NCBI GenBank assembly: GCA_004431415.1
Contig: QPMI01000436.1
Coordinates: 372,001 to 436,000, forward strand
Source of the DNA: Cyanophora paradoxa CCMP329
Taxonomy: Eukaryota; Plantae; Glaucophyta
Direction: 5' to 3'
DNA length: 64,000 bases
The notes beneath the pieces were generated by a model. The model searched no databases, had not been told where the DNA came from, and saw only the letters and a list, made by a program, of their open reading frames with translations. The position numbers and the translations under genes were made by a program. Positions 55,416-64,000 of the stretch are shown in pieces (within the stretch, counting starts at the first letter, position 1; every line of letters begins with the position of its first letter).

Positions 55416-56383
55416 CGCTGCGGCTGCCTCGGCCTCGACCTAGCGCTCTGAGGCGGGTCTCGCTGCTGTCGCCCGAAGTGCGCAAGTTACGGATACCGCT
55501 CCTGGCGCAGCGCGCTACGGTAGCCACTGCGAGTGCGATGACTAGCGTTGCCGGCCGCTGGACAGCCTGCTCGCTCCGTCTTCGCGATAGCAGGCTCGCG
55601 TCCCCCCTCAGATCTTCCCGCAAAATGATCGGCAGCGCATGCGCAATCACACGCTGATCGCGCTCGTGCCGTTCAGCCGCGTGCTGCTCGCTGTCTAGAT
55701 CTTCCGCTCGCCGCGCGGCGCTCGGTCGCCCCTCTCGGCACCGCGCCTCCCCGCACCGCTCCAGCAGCTGAACGTGCGAAACGCTCACTAAACGCGCGAA
55801 TTGCTCGCACGTCGTCGACGCGGCTGCCGGGAGCTGGCCAAGTGGTCCGCGAGAGTCCGACCGTTTCACGCCAGGCCGGGCCCGCCCTGGTGCCGGGCCG
55901 CTCGCGTACCGATGCGCCAGCCGCGAAGAGGGTTGCCTGAGAAATTGCTTTTCGCCGTCGTACGCGCCACAGGTGAGGGGGCCAGTGTAGGCGCGCGTAC
56001 CCCAGCAGCGTACCTCGGGGCCAGTCGAAAAAGTTCCAGCTCCAGCGAAGCTCCAGCCTCGTCAGCAGCGGAATACGGTGCGTATTCTTCTCAAGAGCTC
56101 TAGTGAGAGCGCTCTAGTGAATTCCGAGGCGCCGCCGCGCGGATCCAACGGGGTTGCTCGTTTGAGCCGAGCGGACACGCCGCCGCGCCGCGGGGCCCTA
56201 GACGCGATCAGCGCGTCGATAAGGCTTAGATACAGGCCCTCGAGGGCCTGCTCCTCGGCTCCTCGCCAGTTTTGACCGGACCCCTGCTTCCGCGCCAACG
56301 ACTCGTCCTGGCGAGATCCCGCCGAAATCCCTGCCCCGCGGGCCACGCGCGACTGCGCGCTCACCAGTACGTCAGCTCAGAAG

Positions 56384-58251
56384 ATGGCGGTGAGCAAGAG
56401 AGGCAAGAAGGCCGCCGCGAAGACCGAAAGCGAGGAAACCGATGTGAAGGCCGAGGAGACGAAGGCGGACGAGAAGGCGGCTGCCACAGAAGAGAAGAAG
56501 GAGGCTTCGGATAAGAAGGTGAGCGCACGCTAGCACAGCCCGGCCCCGTGCGAGGGCGGCCCAGCAGCCCATTACGAGCATCGGCCGAGGCCCTTGAGTG
56601 GAGCTCACCCGTCCAATCCGAGCCCGCGGACGCTTTCATATTGCTTAGCTTTACAGTGATAGCTCGAAAACGCGGGCAGACGCCGGGGGTAGTAATCGTG
56701 CTGCGCGCCCTGCGATCAGCGCCGGGTCTTGACCGGCGCGCCCGCTGCAGGAGTCGGGGGCGGAGGAGAAGAGCGCGGAGGAGTCCAAGGACAAGGCCGA
56801 GGAGAAGAGCGAGGACGAGGGCTCGAAGGGCAAGAAGGGCGCGAAGAAGGGCGGGAAGAAGGCCGCCCCGAAGAAGGCGGCAGCCCCCAAGAAGGAGAAG
56901 GCCGAGGAGAAGGAGGAAAAGGTCCCAGCGCCCGAACCTCGCTTGATTCCGCGTGCGCCGATCGATCCGAGCAGGAGGAGGAGGCCAAAGACGAGGCGAA
57001 GGAGGAGAACGGGCGGGGCAAGCGCGCCCGGAAGCCGACCGGTGCGCGGCAGCAGCCGCCGCCGCCGACCGCGCGCGGCCGACGCTGACGCCGGCCTCAG
57101 CCAAGGCGGCGGAGGGTGACGCCGGCGAGAGCCAGGACGAGAAGCCCGCCAAGAAGGCCAAGAAGGCGAGCTGGGCGGCCGGCCGGCCAGCCTCCCGCCC
57201 GCCCCGCCCGAGCTGACTGGCGGCCGCGCGCAGGAGGAGCCGGCGTCGGAGGACGAGAGCGGCGAGGAGTCCAAGGATGAGGGCAAGGCCGCCAGGAAGG
57301 GCGGAAAGAAGGCCGCTCCCGCGCCCAAGAAGGCGGCCGCGGCCCCCAAGAAGGACGACAAGAAGGTGCCGGGGGATCCGTACCCCCGCGCCCTTTCGGG
57401 CCGTGCCGGTCCGAGCCGAGCCGAACCGACCCGACCCGCAGAAGGCGGCCCCGAAGAAGGCGGAGCCTGCGAAGCGCGGCGGCCGCAAGGAGAAGGAGGC
57501 GCCCAAGAACCCCGCGGCGCCCCCGGCGCGCAAGAAGCGCGAGCCGGTCAAGAACCGGAAGGTAAGAGCAAGCAATCAAATGATTGGATAAGAACGAAAG
57601 GATCTGACGCGCCCTGTTACGTCAGTACGCGGACGAGGACACGACGGGCGAGAGCGAGGCGGATGTCCCGAAGGCCAAGAAGACCATCGAGAAGGGCAGC
57701 AAGAAGGCGCCCCCAAAGAAGGTGGAAAAGAAGAATAATTATAAAAGGAAGGATTTGATCTAATCTGCTCTCTTTTAGGTGACGCCGAAGAAGCCGGCGC
57801 CGAAGAAGAAGGGGGCCGCCTCGCCCAACCCGCACTCGATGGCTGAAGACTTCGAGATGGAGGTAACCCTTACGCAGCGCACCGGCCGGGGGTACGCCCG
57901 CCCCGCCCCGCCCCGCCCCGCTCCCCTTGGCCCCGCTCGGCCGGCGCCCGACTCGTTCGCTCATTTCATTCGCAGGAAGAGGAAAGTGAAGCCGACGGGC
58001 CTCGTCGGGTTCGCGAAGTGACCGTACCCCCGCGCCACCCCGCGACGCGCCGCGTCGCGTCCCCGTGCCCCCGGCCCTTCTTCCGCCCCACCTGCCCCCG
58101 CCCATCCCCGAAGTCATCCTTCCCCCCTGTTCCCCCCACGTCCGCTCAGCTGCAGCCGCGGCAGTCGGCGACCGGCCCTTCCTCCCGGCAGCCCCGCCCC
58201 CGTGTAAATTCGCGCCCCGGCCCCCCGCCCATCCCGGCCCCCTCGCTGTGA
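56384..58251 (+). CDS. Lys/Glu/Ala-rich low-complexity protein (multi-exon; possible chromatin or nucleolar protein)
   Basis: MAVSKRGKKAAAKTESEE..., repeated KKAAPKK exons separated by short introns; 3' end uncertain. Confidence 0.55.
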
Positions 58252-58651
58252 GACTGGAGCGTCAACGTGATGCGCCGATATCGCACGTGTGGCGAGCTCA
58301 CGGCGGCGGGGCCCCCGCCCCGCTTGGGCCTCCCTAGATTCTTATCCCCAAGGTTAAGAGGAGCTGGATCCTGCAATAATCAATGAATATTACTAGAGGA
58401 GCACTAGTACTAGAAGGCTTAACCTACATACAATTACAAGGGTCCTGGGACATTTACATGCAAAGCGCGCAAGAGGAGGGAAATGGAAAGTCGAAGAATG
58501 CAAGTATCAAGCAATGAAGTGGGCCGGGGCCGCGGGGGCCTCTGGCTCCACAGCCTGGCAGCTGCAGCTGTCCGCGAAGACGCTGCGGCGCGCCCCGAGG
58601 GAGAGGGGCCCAGCCGCGGGCGGAAAGGAGGCAAACAAGGGGCCCCATGAC

Positions 58652-60082
58652 TCAAGCGGGGGCGAGGAGGAGCGCCGCGGGGGCCGCAGCGACCGCCGGG
58701 CCTTCGCCTCCGCCTCCGCCGCCCCCGGCCTCGACGTCGCCGGCCGGGGCGGCGGGGCCGGGGCGGGGCGGGGGCGGCGGGGGAGGGTTGGCGGGGGGCG
58801 GCGGGGCCGGCTGGACGCGGGCGACGGCGCGGAAGAAACGCCAGCGGCGGTACAGGCGCACGAAGACGACTATGATCATCGAGAGGGTGCCCACGACCTG
58901 TCCAGAGGAGCGGGCCCAGCCCAGCAACTCAGAACATAAGCTTACAGGAAGACTCTTCCTTCGAAGGCGCACCATCCCGAGGACGACGCCAAAGGTAAAG
59001 TAAAGGAAGATGCGGAGGGAAGCGCACTCGTTCCCCTTGGCGTCCGCGCAGACCGTCGACATGCGCTGCCCGAACGCCTGCGCATGCGCGAAAGAGGCAG
59101 GTTCGAGGGGCTCGAATCCATCCGGGGGAATTCCTGTTCCCTCACCTCGCGCCCCAGGAAATATAGGAACAGAAACATCATGGCCAGGATAAAGATCTGC
59201 GCGCGGCCGCTCGAGTTGTGCGCGCGATGGGAGCGAAGAGCCCTAGCTAGCGGCCCGATCAGCAGTCGATCAGCGGCCCGCACCATCGTCCATACGAGCA
59301 GAGCGTAGAAAGACGTGCGCCAGCACTGCCGAAAGCGGATCTGCGCGGCGCGCGGGTGAGCGCTGCGCAAGCGCATCTGGGACGGATTTGGGCGCGAGGG
59401 CGGGCCTTGAACAGCTGCGACCGCGGGATCGAGCGCCGCCAGTCGGGAAGGAGGTCGCCGCAGAACTCGCAATACATCTGAAGACGGTCCCCGGGTCGAT
59501 GGGCGACCTGGGGCGAGGGAGGGAAAGCCGCGGCACCTCCTTTCTCGTGCCGATGTTCGCCCGCTGCCACGTCTCTGCGGTGCGCGCGATCAGCGAGAGC
59601 AAACGAATCCGACTGCTACACCCTGCTTGGAGTAAAGAGAGCTCACGTAAGCACGAGCCGACATGGACTTTGCGCGGGCAGCGGCACGGCCTCGAGAGCG
59701 GTCCCTCCTCAGTGCCAGAGAGGCAGATCCAGCACGCATCTGGATCATCCGCCGACCCGGGTCTTGTAAGAGATCTAGCTGTGGCCGACCCGGGCCTCGC
59801 TGTGGTCGATCCGGGCCTTGCGGCCGCAGATTGAGGCCTCCCGGGTCCTGAAGGCCCCGCGGAGGGTGGCCTGGATCCGCGATCTACAGGTGCGAAGCGC
59901 CACGTGTTCACGGCGGCCGTGCTCGGCTGAGGCTGCCAGTGCGGCGAGCGTCGCGGAGACTCGTCCGGCCGGGGCGCGACCACAACGGGCCGCGCACTGT
60001 GAGGCTCGTCCAGAAGAGCATGCTTCAATGCCGCTTGATCCTCGAGCTCCGTGGCTGGGTCCGGCGCGCCGGGGAGCGACAT
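58652..60082 (-). CDS. RING-CH (RINGv/MARCH-type) E3 ubiquitin ligase with transmembrane segments
   Basis: CWICLSG...LSRPCRCPRKVH...WQ...CEFCG..LPDWR followed by several hydrophobic exons. Confidence 0.8.
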
Positions 60083-60583
60083 GTCGCCGCTGTTCAGGCT
60101 TGCGGTCCGGAGGCCGCGTCGGGACCAGTGCCGCTCAGGGCGCGCGCATGGCTTAGTGGCAGCGATCGAGCTCGTCGATCAGCGCGCGCGGGGACTCGAC
60201 GAGACGCGACCGCGTTTGCCGTAGCTCTGTACCCCAAGCTCGCCCCCCCCGGCGCTTGTTCCCCCTTCAGTCCTTCCCCAACTTTACCAAGTCCAGCTCA
60301 TCCTTGCCATCTTGCTTGCAAGCTAGGCCTAGGTACGTCAGCGCCAGCTCGAGCCCGTGCGTGCTGGTCGTAGCTTAAAAGCAAGTTGCGCAGAGCAACC
60401 AGCCCACAAACAGCCCAGTCCTCGAGCTCAGTCGCGGCGCCGGATCACCCCAGATCTCTCGCCACAGCCCACCAGAGACCGCCAGTATTTCAGAGCAGCC
60501 TGCAAACCGCTTGATATTCAGTGTACGCGCGCTCTTGTCTCGCACGGGAATCATGCTCACCGCGTTCCGATCCGCATGCGCAG

Positions 60584-61228
60584 ATGGCAGCTGCAGCGGC
60601 AGTCGCTCACGCCACGCACCACGAGTTTGTTCCTCACCCGCGCGATGACTTCTCCGACGAGCCGGATCTCGTCTTCCATGCCGGAGACAAAGTGCGCGCC
60701 CGAATCGCTTCGTCCAGCGCTAGCTGCCAAGCGGACCGACGGCGCCCGCATCCTCCGGCTCATCCGCCCCTTTGCGCGCAGGTCGTGTTCCGTGCCCCAG
60801 GAACGGGCCAGATGCTGGGAGGCAAGATCGTGCGGGTCGCACACCACTGCGTGCCTCAGAATTCGAAGGTATGCCTCGAGAAGCACGTGGACGACGGCTC
60901 GGCTGGCGTCCCGTACTACATCGTTGAGTCCGAGAGCCTGAACAAGTGCTGCGGATGTGCGCTCTCTCCCTGCCCGCGTCCTTGCTAGCCCTGCGCCCCG
61001 CTCATCTCGCATCCACAATGACAGGCTATGCCGCCGACCTGAAGAAGTTTTCGGGTCCGTCGTTCGCTGTCCCGAGCGGCTCGTTCGTGCGTCGCGCTTC
61101 TTCATCTATTTCGAGCCTCTGTTCGGATATCGATCTGACCTGCAAATCTCGCGCAGCTGAAGAAGCTAGCCGCGGAGGAAGCCGCTGAGGCCGCCGCTGC
61201 GCATCACACGACGTCCAAGGCGGCGTGA
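60584..61228 (+). CDS. Small multi-exon hypothetical protein (possible Tudor/SH3-like fold)
   Basis: FHAGDKVVFR...GKIVRV...PYYIVES assembled across plausible introns. Confidence 0.4.
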
Positions 61229-61714
61229 GGCCAGGATCCCGGATTGACTCCCCGATGAACCGCTGAGCGCACGTCATCGTTACATATTATTATCTATTTT
61301 ATAGAAGACTACGATACGTAGCTGCTACGAGCATTCCTTCCAGCAGCGGCTCGCCACAGCACGGCTGCCACAGCTGCAGACAATGTACAAATCTTTTTGG
61401 ACCCGCGATTTTTCTTTTTTGAACACTTCGTGAATCGATCGAGCGTTTCCCCCTCGATCGAGGCTCTTTAGCACAGCTGCGGCAGATACTAGTAGAGCCG
61501 TGTCACGTCCTTCGCGCTCGCATGCGCAGGTTTAAATTTCAAGTTAGGTTGGGCTGTAGTTTGCAACCGTTGAACAGATGATGGTCAGGCTGATAGGCGT
61601 TGGACCCGGATCCAAATTAGCCTTGGAGGAAAGAAGCCATATGCATGTGAAGCTTCGAATTCAGTCATTTTGTCAATGAATCGAACGCCTTACTTTTTCT
61701 GTCGAGCCCAAGCA

Positions 61715-61985
61715 TAAGTTTAAGCATTTTGTCAATGAATCACTCTTTCTGTCGAGCCCAAGCTCCTCAGCTAATCCAGGCTAAAATGTGTGTGCCGTGG
61801 CGATGGGGCAAGGCTCATAGGAAAGGCTCTTGCATGCGAATCGAACCGATGTGAAGCTTAAGTTTAAGCATTCTGTCAATGAATCACTCTTTCTGTCGAG
61901 CCCAAGCTCCTCAGCTAATCCAGGCTAAAATGTGTGTGCCGTGACGATGGGGCAAGGCTCATAGGAAAGGCTCTTGCATGCGAAT
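61715..61985. repeat. ~130-bp direct duplication (plus a partial copy at ~61666) downstream of UBC13
   Basis: AAGTTTAAGCATT..GTCAATGAATCACTC...CTTGCATGCGAAT occurs twice, ~145 bp apart. Confidence 0.9.
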
Positions 61986-62190
61986 GGAACCTCGCGTCTT
62001 CAAATTGCTAAATTGGCTGCCTAACAGACGGAAGAAGAAGAGAACAAAGAGGAGGAGGTGAAGGGCACCCGACATCGCCGGGCGGAAGGAGGAGACAAGC
62101 AGAGGGAAAGTTCGCGCGATTTAGGGGATGGTTTCCGCGACAGAATGTTTCTGAGACGGTCCACGTCTCTTGGCGCCAGATCCCGTTCCT

Positions 62191-62967
<777 letters not shown>

Positions 62968-63143
62968 CTTGTGATTCCCGTTCGCACCGGCTGAAGCTTC
63001 CCAGCTGACAACGTACTCCAGATTCACGTACCCCCTCCGGCCCATCCCCCCCACGCCCCAACCAGCCCGCCGGCTCCAGCGCAAGCACTTCGCAGTGTGT
63101 TTATTAGACCAGAGGTTGCTGCAGACCTCGGGAACTAGCGCAG

Positions 63144-64000
63144 CTATCGAGCGGCGGCCTGCGGCGAGTGGCGAGACAGCTGCACGGAGATCCCGAGCGA
63201 AGCGCATACGCGCCGCAAGAGGATTCGCACTGGACGGCGGGCCATGTTCGTCCCGGACGGTCCCGCCTCGCCGCCTGTCGCGCCTTCGGTCACACGCATC
63301 GCTTTTCCACTTCGCAGCTTGGCGTAGTCGCGTAATCGAGCGTCGATCCGGAGCTGCCCATCTTTTGCGCTCCGGAGGGACAACGCCGGCGCGATGGACG
63401 ATCCCTTCGGCCAGAGCGACTCGGTGCGTGCGGAGCGCCGGCGTCCTCCTCGCGTGCCGATCACCCGCGCAGGATCTGCTCTCCGCGGCAAAGCGCTCGC
63501 GCCTCGGCTGGGGTCAGGGGCTGCGGAGGAAGGCGCCAAGCACGAATGAGCTCGGGCCGAGCGACGCGCAGGGGGGCGAGCTAGCGCTCCAGGGGGGCGA
63601 GGCGGCGCCCGCCGAGACCCCGCGCGGCGAAGCGGCCGCGGACGAGCCCGGCGCAAGCCTGTCGGGCGGCGAGGCGGCGGCGGCGGCGCTCAGCGCCCCG
63701 CCTTCCGAGGCGGCCGCGAGCCCGCCTCCGCTCCTGGCAGATGAGGCTGCGCGGCCGGCCGCGAACGATGAGCCGAAGCCACTGGAGGTCAAAGTTGAGC
63801 CGATGGACGAGGCGGGGCAGGGCGATCCGCCGCCGAAGGAGGCAGAGGGCGCGGCGGCGGCGGCGGCGGCGGAGTTCGATCGCATGGAGGTCTCTCCCAG
63901 AGGCGGCGACGGGGCGGACGCGGCGACAGAGCCGGCGTCCGCAGCGGCGGCGGCGGCGGAGGCGGCGGCGGGCGACGGGGAGGCTACCCCAGCGCAGTCT
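63144..64000 (-). CDS. 3' part of an Ala/Ser/Pro-rich hypothetical gene running off the window
   Basis: Long open low-complexity frame; no recognisable domain. Confidence 0.3.

Noticed and set aside
61500-62000. snoRNA or other ncRNA cluster in the duplicated segment
   Set aside because: No convincing paired C/D or H/ACA boxes; simpler to read as a local duplication downstream of UBC13.

Overview
The window has two compartments. Bases 1 to ~25.4 kb are AT-rich, intronless and viral: the right-hand 22.45 kb of an endogenous Polinton-like virus (PLV-A), whose left end is outside the window. PLV-A encodes the N-terminus of a protein-primed DNA polymerase B (missed by the ORF track), a Prim-Pol/D5 helicase, an A32-type packaging ATPase, a major capsid protein, two penton-type minor capsid proteins, a patatin-discoidin fusion, a ~2000-aa modular fibre, two shorter fibre paralogues and an S-adenosylmethionine decarboxylase. 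It ends at 22454 in a 28-bp inverted repeat that cuts into the major capsid gene of a second, related, more GC-rich PLV (PLV-B, 22455 to ~25420), indicating nested virus-in-virus integration. PLV-A avoids CpG except in TCG/CGA context, but the distal half of its fibre gene does not, suggesting a recently swapped module. Its five frameshifts are all single missing bases in C/G runs, so it may be intact. Bases ~25.4-64 kb are very GC-rich DNA of a flagellated eukaryote with short introns, many with GC donors. Host genes include SHIPPO-repeat genes, an F-box/LRR/ankyrin gene, an NHL-repeat gene, mS37, DRC3, a ~3.67-kb tandem duplication of TPGS1-like and AT-hook genes, a RING-CH ligase and UBC13. 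All assignments come from reading motifs by eye; no searches were run and host gene boundaries are approximate.
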